DNA of 64,000 nt from Gammaproteobacteria bacterium (GCA_965247265.1 OZ252002.1:1205031-1269030), one strand, 5' to 3'. Shown: positions 1 through 10,177, numbered from the stretch's first letter. Made by a program: numbers and translations. The notes: generated by a model from the letters alone, not told the origin.

Positions 1-948
1 ATATCAAAGCTTGAGGCTGGGGTGGTAGAAACTAATATCGCGGATTTTTCTATCGCGGTAATACTTAAACAATTAGATACTGAATACAGCCTACAAGCTC
101 AACAACGTAGATTAACTTTTCGATATGTACCTTCTACAATAATAGTGCGTAGTGATTTAGTGTTATTGGGTAGGGTGCTTAGTAATTTTATTTCTAATGC
201 TATGAGGTATACGAATAAGGGTAAAGTATTATTGGGTTGCAGAAGAAAAAAAAATGCTCTCAGTATAGAAGTTTGGGATACGGGAACTGGTATTCCTAAA
301 AATGAAATGGAAAATATATTTAAAGAGTTTCGTCAGTTATCAAATGCTGACAAAAGTAGCGAGAAAGGACTTGGACTCGGATTGGCTATAGTAGAACGCA
401 TTGCTCGAATACTAGAAGTGAAAATTTCGGTTAGATCTGTTGCGCGAAAGGGCTCAGTGTTTTCTGTAGAAGTACCCTATGGAAATCCTAATATAGCTGC
501 AGAAAATAGGATGAGTATTCAATTTTTCCGCGCTAACGAGAATTTTTATAATAAAACAATATTATTAGTTGAAGATAATAAACCTTCGCTAGAGGCGCTT
601 AAAACCACTTTGGAAAGTTGGGGTTGCGAAATTGTTGGAGCAACTTCTCTTAAGGAAATTAAAGTTAAGATGCGAAAATTAAGGCAGCTTGAGCCTGATT
701 TAATTATCGTGGACTATCATTTGGATGAAAGAACTAGTGGTGTAGAAGTGCTTAAGTATTTTAAAGATAATTACAACATGTCTTGTCCTGCATTAATCGT
801 TACCAGCGATCAGTCGGCAAAAATTAGACGGCTAATAGAAAATAATGGTTATAATTATATGTATAAACCAATAAAGCTAGCAAAACTTAGAGCTTTTCTT
901 AATCACACACTAAGTAGTAACCCCCCCATTGGTATTCATCATTCCTAA
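1..948 (+). CDS. hybrid sensor histidine kinase (HATPase_c plus C-terminal receiver), 5' end outside the window
   Basis: Frame is open from nt 1 (ISKLEAG, the end of a HisKA helix). N-box NFISNAMRYT, G1 DTGTGI, G2 GLGLGLAIV. A CheY-like receiver follows (LLVEDN ... IIVDYHL ... YKP). Confidence 0.85.
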   Translation: MSKLEAGVVETNIADFSIAVILKQLDTEYSLQAQQRRLTFRYVPSTIIVRSDLVLLGRVLSNFISNAMRYTNKGKVLLGCRRKKNALSIEVWDTGTGIPKNEMENIFKEFRQLSNADKSSEKGLGLGLAIVERIARILEVKISVRSVARKGSVFSVEVPYGNPNIAAENRMSIQFFRANENFYNKTILLVEDNKPSLEALKTTLESWGCEIVGATSLKEIKVKMRKLRQLEPDLIIVDYHLDERTSGVEVLKYFKDNYNMSCPALIVTSDQSAKIRRLIENNGYNYMYKPIKLAKLRAFLNHTLSSNPPIGIHHS

Positions 949-1557
949 TTGTTTAGCTACAAGAACTGCTTCAACACGATTTCTAACTTTGAGTACACGA
1001 TAAATTGCAGCCACATGTGATTTAACTGTCCACTCACTAATTTGTAGTTCATGCGCGATTTGTTTATTGGAGAGGCCTTGTAAAACAAGCTCTAAAACAG
1101 CGCTTTGTCTTTTGGTTAAGGTGTACGTGTCTTCAGCGGTTTCTGTATCCTCATAATCTATCAGCTGTTGCGGTATAAATACTCCTCCAGATAAAACGAG
1201 CTGAATGGCTTGAGAGATTAATTCCCGGGTAGTGGATTTGGGGATGAACCCAGAAGCTCCACAGCGAAGCGCACTTTGTACGGTTTCACTGTCTTCGATA
1301 TGAGAAACGACAACAATTGGGGTTGAAGGCGTATGAGATCGTAATGCAACAAGTGCACTGAGCCCCTCTGCACCTGGAAGTTTGAGATCTAATAATATTA
1401 AGTCGAAATCCATTTTTGAGACTAAATCTAAGGCATCATTGAAGTTTCCTGCTTCTTCAAAAGCAATATCTGGGATGTTGCTTTCCAGCACACTTCGAAG
1501 AGCATCCCTTACTAGAGGATGGTCATCTACAATCAAAAATCTGCGACTCACCGTCAT
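910..1557 (-). CDS. NarL/FixJ-family response regulator (receiver plus LuxR-type HTH)
   Basis: Receiver motifs FLIVDDHP, ILLDLKLPG and SGFIPK. LuxR HTH LTKRQSAVLELVLQGLSNKQIAHELQISEWTVKSHV. The ATG at 1557 (MTVSRRF) is preferred to the alternative start at 1575. Its 3' end overlaps the kinase gene convergently. Confidence 0.85.
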   Translation of the reverse strand: MTVSRRFLIVDDHPLVRDALRSVLESNIPDIAFEEAGNFNDALDLVSKMDFDLILLDLKLPGAEGLSALVALRSHTPSTPIVVVSHIEDSETVQSALRCGASGFIPKSTTRELISQAIQLVLSGGVFIPQQLIDYEDTETAEDTYTLTKRQSAVLELVLQGLSNKQIAHELQISEWTVKSHVAAIYRVLKVRNRVEAVLVAKQLGMMNTNGGVTT

Positions 1558-1625
1558 CTCAAGATCTACTACCAAAGATTGTATGCACCTAGAATAGTTA
1601 ATCCTAACACTAATAGGTGTAATTG

Positions 1626-1696
1626 ACCCTAGACAGATGCCACTTATTAGTCATTGAAATTGCGTGTATTTGCTCCAAGATTCAACACATTAAGTG
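1626..1696 (+). promoter_or_regulatory. conserved promoter/operator module, copy 1 of 3
   Basis: GGTGT, 20 nt, CACTTATTAGTCATTGAA, 17 nt, AAGATT ... TTAAGTG. The same layout occurs at 4195 and 15529. It lies upstream of the 1808 gene. Confidence 0.5.
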
Positions 1697-1807
1697 GTTG
1701 AATTTCAAAATGAATTCATCGTGCCATAGCGCGTGATTAGTCTTCGGCAAATCAATGTATGATGATTTATAAAAGGACACTAGTTAAATAACATTACGAG
1801 GTAGATT

Positions 1808-2188
1808 ATGACAGATGTAAACGCTCATATAGCAAAGATAGATCAGCAATTTATGTCAACTTTTGCAGAACTTAATGCGGCAGGAATAGCATCGCTTTAT
1901 ACAAATAATGCAACTTTACTACCACCAAATACCGAAGCTGTAGTCGGGATTAAATCTATCCAAGAATTTTGGCAGCATGTATTTGATAGCGGAATTGTAA
2001 AAGTTACATTAAAAACTATCGAGATCGATGAATTTGGAAATAGTACTGTTTGTCAACATGGGAAGTATGGGCTTTATGGAGTTGGCGGGGAAATCATTGA
2101 TGAAGGTAAATATCTCATGATTTGGAAGAAAATTGACAATAATTGGATGATCCATAAAGACATGTGGAATAGTGATAAACCTGTTTAA
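1808..2188 (+). CDS. SnoaL-like / DUF4440 (NTF2-fold) protein
   Basis: 126 aa. NTF2-like pattern (LYTNNATLLPPN ... GKYLMIWKKIDNNWMIHKDMWN). Confidence 0.6.
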   Translation: MTDVNAHIAKIDQQFMSTFAELNAAGIASLYTNNATLLPPNTEAVVGIKSIQEFWQHVFDSGIVKVTLKTIEIDEFGNSTVCQHGKYGLYGVGGEIIDEGKYLMIWKKIDNNWMIHKDMWNSDKPV

Positions 2189-2429
2189 TTATTAATTACA
2201 CACGCGACATTTATACTCTAGATACTAATATAAACATTCTTGTAAAGCTCTGATCTGGTTTTATACCGGTGTAGTCTAGTTATCTAAATCATTTTAAATT
2301 CAAAAGGGCTTTTTTAATTTATTTTATAAATATTTACAATTACTTATGTTTGTTGCGAATATCAATTATGAAACTCAAGTTTATTGATTGCTCGATATTT
2401 TTATACAAACTATTAATCATTAGATATTT

Positions 2430-3590
2430 ATGACGAAATCTGTACGATCCCGCGGTGCAATAATCGGTATAGGTGAGTTAAAACCAATTCGCCAAACAAT
2501 AGGGCGTACGACGCTAGATATGATTGCAGAAGTATCCTGTCTTGCGGTGTTAGATGCTGGGCTTGAACCAGGCCAAATTGACGGACTTCTTGTTGGGCCG
2601 CAAGTTGGCGAAACTCCACAACATGTTCCTGCTACGGTCTGCGAATATCTTGGCGTAAGACCCAATATGGCAAATGTTGTTGATCTTGGAGGCGCTTCGG
2701 GTGCGGGCATGATTTGGCGTGCGGCTGCAGCCATTGAGGCAGGTATGTGTGAAGCTGTTTTATGCGTGCTTGCAAATATTCGCGAAGAAATGCCCGCTCA
2801 TTCCACAAACAGAAATCCAATTCGCGAATTTGATGTGCCATTTGGTGCGTCTGGAGCTAACCTTTCATATGCTTTATTAATGCAAGCGCACATGGCCAAA
2901 TATGGATCAACTGCGGAAGACTTTGCATCGATTACGGTTTGGGCTCGTAAAAATGCACAACTTAATCCAAATGCAATATTTTATGGAATACCTGCGGAAT
3001 TAGAAGATGTTTTAAATTCTCCAATGATTGCATCACCGTTACACCTGCTAGAAATAGTGATGCCTGTTGCAGGTGGTGAAGCAGTTGTTGTAGTTTCAGC
3101 TAAACGTGCACAGCAACTTGCTAAAATAGCTGTGCATCTAATTGGTGCTGGTGAAAACATAACGCATCGTTCAGTATCACAGTCACCAAACCTAACTTCC
3201 GGTCCATTAAAAGTTGCAATTGCACGTGCTTTTACTCAATCACACACAAAAGCTACCGACATGGATTTATTATCACTCTATGATTGTTACACCGTCTTGG
3301 CAGCGCTTACGATTGAAGATGCGGGTATTTGTGCACCAGGTGAATTTGGGCGTTGGGTTCATGATCATGATCTTGGACATACTGGTGATAATCCATTGAA
3401 TACACATGGTGGTCAGCTCGGATTTGGGCAACCTGATTTAGCAGGTGGTATGACGCATATCGTTGAAGCCGTACGACAATTACGCGGCGAGGCCAATGGA
3501 AGACAAGTTAATAATGCATTGACTGCATTGGTAACAGGCAATGGCGCAACGATGAGCGAAGCAACGGCTTTAATTTTGAGAGCAGGGTAA
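2430..3590 (+). CDS. thiolase-fold protein of the SCP-x/Ltp type (possibly an aldol-lyase rather than a thiolase)
   Basis: 386 aa. IIGIGELK N-terminus, NTHGGQLGFG and VRQLRGEA C-terminal motifs. The expected nucleophile position reads LGGASGAG, with no Cys. TAATG overlap with the next gene at 3590. Confidence 0.75.
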   Translation: MTKSVRSRGAIIGIGELKPIRQTIGRTTLDMIAEVSCLAVLDAGLEPGQIDGLLVGPQVGETPQHVPATVCEYLGVRPNMANVVDLGGASGAGMIWRAAAAIEAGMCEAVLCVLANIREEMPAHSTNRNPIREFDVPFGASGANLSYALLMQAHMAKYGSTAEDFASITVWARKNAQLNPNAIFYGIPAELEDVLNSPMIASPLHLLEIVMPVAGGEAVVVVSAKRAQQLAKIAVHLIGAGENITHRSVSQSPNLTSGPLKVAIARAFTQSHTKATDMDLLSLYDCYTVLAALTIEDAGICAPGEFGRWVHDHDLGHTGDNPLNTHGGQLGFGQPDLAGGMTHIVEAVRQLRGEANGRQVNNALTALVTGNGATMSEATALILRAG

Positions 3591-4006
3591 TGAGTGTTGA
3601 CCTTGATCAATTGAAAATACCTGGTCCAACAATGACTGCATTGACCACACCGTTTTGGGAAGCGGCTGCAAAAGGCCAGTTGATGATTCAATACTGTGAG
3701 GACTGTGCGAATGCTGTGTTCTATCCGCGCACAATTTGTCCTATATGTTGGAGCCATCAATTAATATGGCGTGAAGCATCAGGGTATGGGACGTTGAAAT
3801 CTTTCTCAGTTATTTACAAGCCTGGTCATCCAGGTTGGTTGCCGGCAACACCCTATGTTGTGGGTTTAGTCGAACTAGAAGAAGGTCCGACGATGTTAAG
3901 TTTTATCGTAACGGATCCCGAATATATATGTACGATTGGGGCAACGCTAGAACTGGCACCGACCAATATTGGTGGACGAGTGCTCCCAGCATTTAAGACG
4001 ACATAA
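3590..4006 (+). CDS. DUF35 OB-fold / zinc-ribbon protein (thiolase partner)
   Basis: 138 aa. C4 ribbon (CEDC ... CPIC) followed by an OB-fold segment (YVVGLVELEEGP). Translationally coupled to the thiolase-fold gene. Confidence 0.75.
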   Translation: MSVDLDQLKIPGPTMTALTTPFWEAAAKGQLMIQYCEDCANAVFYPRTICPICWSHQLIWREASGYGTLKSFSVIYKPGHPGWLPATPYVVGLVELEEGPTMLSFIVTDPEYICTIGATLELAPTNIGGRVLPAFKTT

Positions 4007-4194
4007 TTCTGTCGCTATAAAAATTTAATGATACATTTTTAAAACAATTAAATCAGTTATCTATTCGAGAATATAATTATCTGAGTTTCTTATACCAATT
4101 TATCGTCCAAGATTAATAGAAATACCTTTTTTTACTTAAGTTTGCTCATACTTTAGACGATATCGCGCAGTACAAAACAGTACTAATACTTTTG

Positions 4195-4272
4195 GGTGTA
4201 ATAGGGTATAGATTGATCGCACTTATTAGTCATTGAACTGATGTAGGTATGCGTCAATATAGCCTTAATGTG
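4195..4272 (+). promoter_or_regulatory. conserved promoter/operator module, copy 2 of 3
   Basis: GGTGT, 20 nt, CACTTATTAGTCATTGAA, 17 nt, AATATA ... TTAATGTG. It lies about 40 nt upstream of the ALDH start. Confidence 0.5.
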
Positions 4273-4304
4273 ACCTCAAAAAAAACATAAATGCGAGAAA
4301 TGAA

Positions 4305-5765
4305 TTGGCTAATCAATCTCAAATAACAAAAATCTTCAATGATTTAAACAATGCTCACTATATCGATGGAAAATTCGTTGAGCCAATTGATCGTGAGAGT
4401 ATAACCCTCATAAATCCTGCTACAGAAGAATTAATTGGTAATATTGCGAAAGCATCTGAAACCGATGTGGATCATGCGGTAAGTATCGCTAAAAAGGCAT
4501 TTCGTAGTTTTGGAAGAACCTCTCGGAAAGAGCGTGTAGTGCTGATGGAAAGTATTCTTAAAGCTTACGATGCGCATGCAGAAGAGTTCGCGCAGTGTAT
4601 GACGCTTGAAATGGGAACACCGATTACCTTTTCACGAGAAGTTCAAGTACCTATTGGGCATGCACATATCGATGTAAACATTAATGTACTTAAATCTTAT
4701 GATAATTCTTCGTTAATTGGATCAACTAAAATCGTTCGCGAGCCAATTGGTGTTTGTGGGCTTATTACTCCTTGGAACTGGCCAAATTTGCAAGTAATCA
4801 CTAAGGTTGCTCCAGCTATTGCAGCCGGTTGTACGGTGGTTCTTAAGCCTAGTGAATTTTCTTCAATTAGTGCCATGTTATTTGCACAAGTAATGGATGA
4901 GGCAGGTGTTCCGGCCGGTGTATTCAATATGCTAACGGGGGACGGTGCTACTACTGGAACAGCTATTTCAACTCATCCAGCTGTGGATATGGTGTCAATC
5001 ACTGGATCAACACGTGCAGGTGTGTTGGTTGCTAAAAATGCTGCAGACACTGTTAAACGTGTGCACCAAGAATTAGGCGGTAAATCAGCAAATATTATTC
5101 TTGAAGATGCCAAGCTTGAAGACGCAGTAACTAAGGGAGTTGCAGCTTGTTATCTTAATAATGGTCAATCATGTAGTGCTCCTACACGCATGTTTGTTCC
5201 AAAACATTTACTAGAACAATCTGAAGCGATTGCAAAAAAAGCAGCCGAATCTTACGTAGTAGGGCCACCTTATGATGAAGAGACGGAGTATGGTCCAGTT
5301 GTAAATGCTAAACAACATGAACACATTTTTGAACTAATTCAAAGTGGAATTGATGAAGGCGCTAAACTTGTTACCGGAGGGGTTGGACGGCCTGAAGGTT
5401 TAAGTAAAGGTTACTATGTGAAACCTACAGTTTTCTCATCAGTGACTCAAGAAATGACAATTGCCAATGAAGAAATATTTGGAACGGTTCTTTCAATGCA
5501 CCCCTATGATGATGTCGAACAAGCAATTGATATGGCGAATGATTCACACTATGGATTGGCAGCATACGTACAATCTGCTGATGTTAATAAAGCTAGAGAA
5601 GTTGCTTCCCAACTTGAAGCAGGCGATGTCTATATAAATTATCCTGCTGGTGATCTTGCTGCGCCATTTGGCGGTTACAAAAGATCAGGTAATGGTAGAG
5701 AATATGGAGAATGGGGTTTAGATGCGTTTCTAGAAGTTAAAGCTATCTTTGAAGATGTTGCGTAA
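4305..5765 (+). CDS. NAD(P)-dependent aldehyde dehydrogenase
   Basis: 486 aa. ALDH family with the catalytic Glu in ELGGKS and Cys in NNGQSCSAPTR. TTG start as given in the ORF track. Confidence 0.9.
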   Translation: MANQSQITKIFNDLNNAHYIDGKFVEPIDRESITLINPATEELIGNIAKASETDVDHAVSIAKKAFRSFGRTSRKERVVLMESILKAYDAHAEEFAQCMTLEMGTPITFSREVQVPIGHAHIDVNINVLKSYDNSSLIGSTKIVREPIGVCGLITPWNWPNLQVITKVAPAIAAGCTVVLKPSEFSSISAMLFAQVMDEAGVPAGVFNMLTGDGATTGTAISTHPAVDMVSITGSTRAGVLVAKNAADTVKRVHQELGGKSANIILEDAKLEDAVTKGVAACYLNNGQSCSAPTRMFVPKHLLEQSEAIAKKAAESYVVGPPYDEETEYGPVVNAKQHEHIFELIQSGIDEGAKLVTGGVGRPEGLSKGYYVKPTVFSSVTQEMTIANEEIFGTVLSMHPYDDVEQAIDMANDSHYGLAAYVQSADVNKAREVASQLEAGDVYINYPAGDLAAPFGGYKRSGNGREYGEWGLDAFLEVKAIFEDVA

Positions 5766-5976
5766 TAAAGTTTAGTAAATTTAATTCAGCGAGTACTCTT
5801 GTTAGATAATATGAATTAATACAGAAAATAAATATTAATCGAAAATAGTATAGTTTTAAAAATAATGTTTTATATCGACCACGGTCGCTACTAAAAACAA
5901 TCTGATCCAAATATGTCTCGAAATGGGTTAGATATAATTAAATCGAGGCATTTTAGAATAAAGATGGAGAAAGGCT

Positions 5977-7320
5977 ATGTTAAATATTTCTAATTTTCGT
6001 GTCTTGATTGCATTAGTGATCTTATTTGGCGCGATACAAACAATACCTAGTATTACCTACGCGGGTGATAAATCTCAAACACTCTTGATTCCTTCCTACC
6101 GTGTTGGACCGTTTGCTCCAAACGGCATACCACTTGCAGATGGCTTTATGGATTATTTCACATTAATTAATGAACGAGATGGGGGAATTAATGGCGTTAA
6201 ACTTGTACTCCAAGAGTGTGAAACACAATATGAGAATAATCGAGGTATCGATTGTTACGAGCGTTATAAAGACGCTGGGGAAGCGGGTATTCCAATTCTT
6301 GCGCCGATGAGTGCTGGTATTGCAGCCTCGCTTTATGAACGGATGAAAACTGATCACATACCGCTGATCACTGAAGGTCATGGTCGACTTGGTGGTGCTT
6401 ATGGAGCGCTATTCCCATATGATTTCCCCATTATGGGTAACGATTGGGATTTGACCAATGCAATGCTCAAGTTTATTGCTGAGAAAGAAGGCGGCGAAGA
6501 AAAGCTAAAAGGAAAGAAAATTGCTTTGGTCTTTTTGGAATCGGCCTATGGAAGAAATCCGTTTCCAGTTCTTGATGAAAAAAGTAAGCTTCTGGGTTTT
6601 ACTTGGGAAGGTTATCCTGTCTTAGGTTCTGCCATGGTTGAACAACGCTCCATATGGCTTTCGATCCGTAAGACTAAACCAGACTATGTCTTAATTTGGG
6701 GTTGGGGTGTAATGACACCGACTGCGATCAAAGAAGCGGCAGCCACTGGTTATCCAGTTGATCGGGTAATCGGGAATTGGTTCAGCGCTGCCGAGCCAGA
6801 TGTAATACCTGCTGGAGAGGCTGCTATCGGATACGTAGGCGCGACATTTCGTATGCCGGGAAAAGATTTCCCAATCTTCGACGAACTCAAAACAGTTCTT
6901 TATGATAAGGATAAGGGTAAGAGTGATTGGGATAAGCATGTAGGTTCTGTTAATTATGCTGCAGGATTTGCAGTAGCTATGGTTATGACCGAAGCAATGA
7001 AAGTAGGCATGGCTAAGTACGGCAATCGACCTCTAACAGGCGAAGAGGCTCGCTGGGGTATGGAGCATTTAAATCTAGATGAAGCAGCTCTAAAGAAGCT
7101 TGGATTTTTAGGCATGGTTGCACCACTGAAACTTACCTGTGAGGATCACAAGGGAGCAGGTAGTGCACGTTTTATTCAATGGGATGGAACAAAGTGGAAT
7201 GCTGTCACGGATTGGATCGATGGTCGTGAAGATACTTCTAGAGCAAAAATCAAAGAAGTCGCTGAAAAAACTGCTGCTGAAGTAGGGCACACTCCACGTG
7301 ACTGTGCAGCTGAAGGATAG
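5977..7320 (+). CDS. ABC transporter substrate-binding protein, Leu/Ile/Val-binding-protein-like (type I SBP)
   Basis: 447 aa with an N-terminal signal peptide (LIALVILFGAIQTIPSITYA). It is the first gene of a Liv-type ABC cluster. A 447-aa paralogue lies at 19031-20374. Confidence 0.8.
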   Translation: MLNISNFRVLIALVILFGAIQTIPSITYAGDKSQTLLIPSYRVGPFAPNGIPLADGFMDYFTLINERDGGINGVKLVLQECETQYENNRGIDCYERYKDAGEAGIPILAPMSAGIAASLYERMKTDHIPLITEGHGRLGGAYGALFPYDFPIMGNDWDLTNAMLKFIAEKEGGEEKLKGKKIALVFLESAYGRNPFPVLDEKSKLLGFTWEGYPVLGSAMVEQRSIWLSIRKTKPDYVLIWGWGVMTPTAIKEAAATGYPVDRVIGNWFSAAEPDVIPAGEAAIGYVGATFRMPGKDFPIFDELKTVLYDKDKGKSDWDKHVGSVNYAAGFAVAMVMTEAMKVGMAKYGNRPLTGEEARWGMEHLNLDEAALKKLGFLGMVAPLKLTCEDHKGAGSARFIQWDGTKWNAVTDWIDGREDTSRAKIKEVAEKTAAEVGHTPRDCAAEG

Positions 7321-7383
7321 AGTTTAATAGCTACTCTACCTGTGATAACAAAACTGATATGGTTACCTCATTAGAAAAGTTAA

Positions 7384-7415
7384 GCGTGCCAATTAAATAT
7401 TGGCACGCATTTCTT
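7384..7415 (+). terminator. rho-independent terminator/attenuator after the SBP gene
   Basis: Perfect 10-bp stem GCGTGCCAAT / ATTGGCACGC with a 5-nt loop, followed by ATTTCTT. Confidence 0.6.
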
Positions 7416-7464
7416 AATCAGGCGTAATGGCATGATCTAGATTTGATTCCATATAAGATCGACT

Positions 7465-9354
7465 ATGGAAAGTACCGAAATATTTAATCAAAAAACGTGT
7501 CCGGGTACATTCCCAGAAATATTTTTTTCTCGATCAAAACATTTTGCGAATCAATGTGCATATCGTACAAAATTTCAAGGAATATGGTTGAGCTGGGCAT
7601 GTGCTGATGCATGTAAAGAAGTTGAGAGACTTGCTGCAGGTCTTCAAGAGAAAGGAGTAAACACAAATTGTCGTGTCGCGATTACTGGACATAACCAACC
7701 TAAACTTTACTGGGCTATTATCGCATTGCAAGCAATTGGTGCAGTGCCTGTTCCAATCCATCCTGATATAAGTGCTAACGAACTCATAAGTCTTAAAGAT
7801 CAGCTTCAAATCGAATTTATAATTTGTGATGAAATAGAGCGTGCACAATCATTAATTGACGCACTTGGTGATGAAACTGGAATTAAAGGACTTATTGCAA
7901 TTTCTCATGGCAAAAATTTTGAAACAAAGGAAGTCTTTCGGGTCAGCTACCAAGAAGTTATTGATGCAGGAAAAGTTGTAATTGAACAACATTCTGATTG
8001 GATAGCGGAAGTATTGTCAAAAAGAAAAAAGACTGATTGGGCGATAATTACTTTTACTTCAGGTGAGATCAATCCTACCCGCGCTGTAATACTCAGCCAT
8101 GCAATGATCTTACAAGCGGTAGAAATTATAACAGAAAGAGCAAATCTTGATGGTGATGATGAAGTATTTGCTTTTCTTCCTATTAATAGCATAGAAGATC
8201 AGCTTCAATTCTTTGTCTCGGTCGTGGCAGGTTGTACATTTAATACACCAGAAAGTACGGCAACTGTTTTTTCTGATATTCGTCAAATTGCACCAAGTTT
8301 CATTTTGACCACTCCAAATGTGCTTGCTAAATTCTGGGGAAGACATGAAGAGCGTATGTCTAGAGCAAGCAAATTGGTTCGGTCAACATTGAAAGCTGCG
8401 CTGTCAAATTCTATTCGTGTACGAACGGGTCACGGTTTAAAACTTGGCGATCGATTTGTGTACATATTCGCACGTTTGTTTTTTACAAAGCCTATTTTAC
8501 AGCAACTGGGTTTTTCGCATGCACGCATGGTTATATCTACAGGTTTTGCATTACCTGCCTATCTGAAAAAATGGTTTACATCAATAGGAGTTGATATCAC
8601 TGAGCTCTATAGCGTGGTGGAAGTTGGTGGAGCAGTCGCAATTTCAGATTCTGTGAACTACTCTAACGATTCCATGGCTCGATATAAAGTAAATAAAAAA
8701 ACGATACGTGTTGTTGAAGACGGTAGAGTTGAAATATTACTGTTATCAGGAGGAGCTAACTATCTCGATACCAATGGAAAGCCGCTACCTTTTGCTAACG
8801 AGGCTGGCTGGTTTTTTCCTGGAGACCAAGCAAATCTTAATAGTGAATCATTCAGGCTTATTGGTCGGACTGCATCGCAGTATCAATTAAGTGATGACTC
8901 AGTGTTTCAACCTGAGATATGTGAGCGTTTATTAAATAATTCACCTTATGTTCGTGCTGCATTCGTGTTTGGAAATGATCAATCAAAGTTAAAGGCACTT
9001 TTCTATCCTGCGTTTGATCGTTTAAAAACATGGGCGCACTTATCAGAGATTTCCTATGCGGGATACGACGAATTATGTATTAACGAAAAAGTTCAAGCAT
9101 TATTTAATGAGTTGGTTTTATCAGCTAACCGTGAAATGAAGAACTCCAGTATCCCTTGTGTCATCACGGAGTATGTAATTTGCACGCACTCTCCAAGACC
9201 AGAAAAATCAGAGATTACAAAGAATGGCAAGATATTACGCATGAATAACTGGCAAGAAAGTACTGAGCTAGTTGATAGCGATACAAAAATTTGGTGCACA
9301 GCTGATTTATCGAAAATACCACTTACAATTAGAAAAGTACCGCGTACCAACTAG
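7465..9354 (+). CDS. AMP-dependent synthetase/ligase-like protein with a degenerate P-loop
   Basis: 629 aa. ANL-family layout (FPGD, GRTAS, C-terminal KNGKILR). The A3 motif reads TSGEINPTRA instead of TSGTTGxPKG. The gene sits between the SBP and ATPase genes. Confidence 0.7.
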   Translation: MESTEIFNQKTCPGTFPEIFFSRSKHFANQCAYRTKFQGIWLSWACADACKEVERLAAGLQEKGVNTNCRVAITGHNQPKLYWAIIALQAIGAVPVPIHPDISANELISLKDQLQIEFIICDEIERAQSLIDALGDETGIKGLIAISHGKNFETKEVFRVSYQEVIDAGKVVIEQHSDWIAEVLSKRKKTDWAIITFTSGEINPTRAVILSHAMILQAVEIITERANLDGDDEVFAFLPINSIEDQLQFFVSVVAGCTFNTPESTATVFSDIRQIAPSFILTTPNVLAKFWGRHEERMSRASKLVRSTLKAALSNSIRVRTGHGLKLGDRFVYIFARLFFTKPILQQLGFSHARMVISTGFALPAYLKKWFTSIGVDITELYSVVEVGGAVAISDSVNYSNDSMARYKVNKKTIRVVEDGRVEILLLSGGANYLDTNGKPLPFANEAGWFFPGDQANLNSESFRLIGRTASQYQLSDDSVFQPEICERLLNNSPYVRAAFVFGNDQSKLKALFYPAFDRLKTWAHLSEISYAGYDELCINEKVQALFNELVLSANREMKNSSIPCVITEYVICTHSPRPEKSEITKNGKILRMNNWQESTELVDSDTKIWCTADLSKIPLTIRKVPRTN

Positions 9355-9374
9355 CTGAAAAAGATAGTTCAATT

Positions 9375-10175
9375 ATGAATTCTACAGAAGCTGAGGATGA
9401 CTCAATACTTGTTGTTGATGATGTTAGCCTTGCTTTTGGTGCTGTAATAGCTCTAAAAAATGTTAGTTTCAATATGCCGCGCGCAGGAGTGCTCGCGATC
9501 ATTGGCCCGAATGGTGCCGGCAAGACTTCTTTACTTAATTGTATTAACGGATTTTATATGCCAACAACAGGCAGAATTTTCTTTAAACAAATTGAAAGAC
9601 GTTACAGAAACGCAAATCTAGCGCTTTGCGACGGAATCGCCCGAACGTTTCAAAATATTGCACTGTTTGAAGGGTTGACGACTCTTGAAAATTTAATGAC
9701 TGGCAGAAGTGCAAAGATGAAAACTAATATTTTCCAGGCTGCGTTATTCGTTGGCGCCACTAAACGTGAGGAAATTGCGCACCGAAAAAAAATTGAAAAT
9801 ATAATTTATTTCCTCGAGCTTGAAGCAGTACGAGATACATTAGTGAATGAACTTCCCTATGGTATTCAAAAGCGTATTGAGCTTGGTCGTGCAATTGCTA
9901 CTGAACCAGACTTAATTTTGCTCGATGAGCCGATGGCAGGCATGAACTTCGATGAGAAACGAGATATGTGTCGCTTCATATGCGATTTAAATTCAACGCA
10001 GGAATTGTCGATTATACTTATTGAACATGACATTGGTGTCGTAACGGGTATTTCAGATCGAATTATAGTGCTTGATAACGGAGAAAAAATTGCTGATGGA
10101 GTACCTAAATTAGTAGTTAATGATCCAATAGTTATTGAGGCTTATCTTGGTACACCAAATTCTGAACCGGTGTAA
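9375..10175 (+). CDS. Liv-type ABC transporter ATP-binding protein (LivG-like)
   Basis: Walker A GPNGAGKTS, signature YGIQKRIELGRA, Walker B LILLDEP, C-terminal EAYLG. Confidence 0.9.
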   Translation: MNSTEAEDDSILVVDDVSLAFGAVIALKNVSFNMPRAGVLAIIGPNGAGKTSLLNCINGFYMPTTGRIFFKQIERRYRNANLALCDGIARTFQNIALFEGLTTLENLMTGRSAKMKTNIFQAALFVGATKREEIAHRKKIENIIYFLELEAVRDTLVNELPYGIQKRIELGRAIATEPDLILLDEPMAGMNFDEKRDMCRFICDLNSTQELSIILIEHDIGVVTGISDRIIVLDNGEKIADGVPKLVVNDPIVIEAYLGTPNSEPV

Positions 10176-10177
10176 TT

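Noticed and set aside
1382-1597. Short ORFs antisense to annotated genes (for example 1382-1597, 2420-2841, 4697-4927, 6163-6381, 10640-10965, 20496-20938, 29236-30028, 40328-40654)
   Set aside because: Each is fully embedded opposite a gene with strong family motifs, and none shows any recognisable motif of its own.
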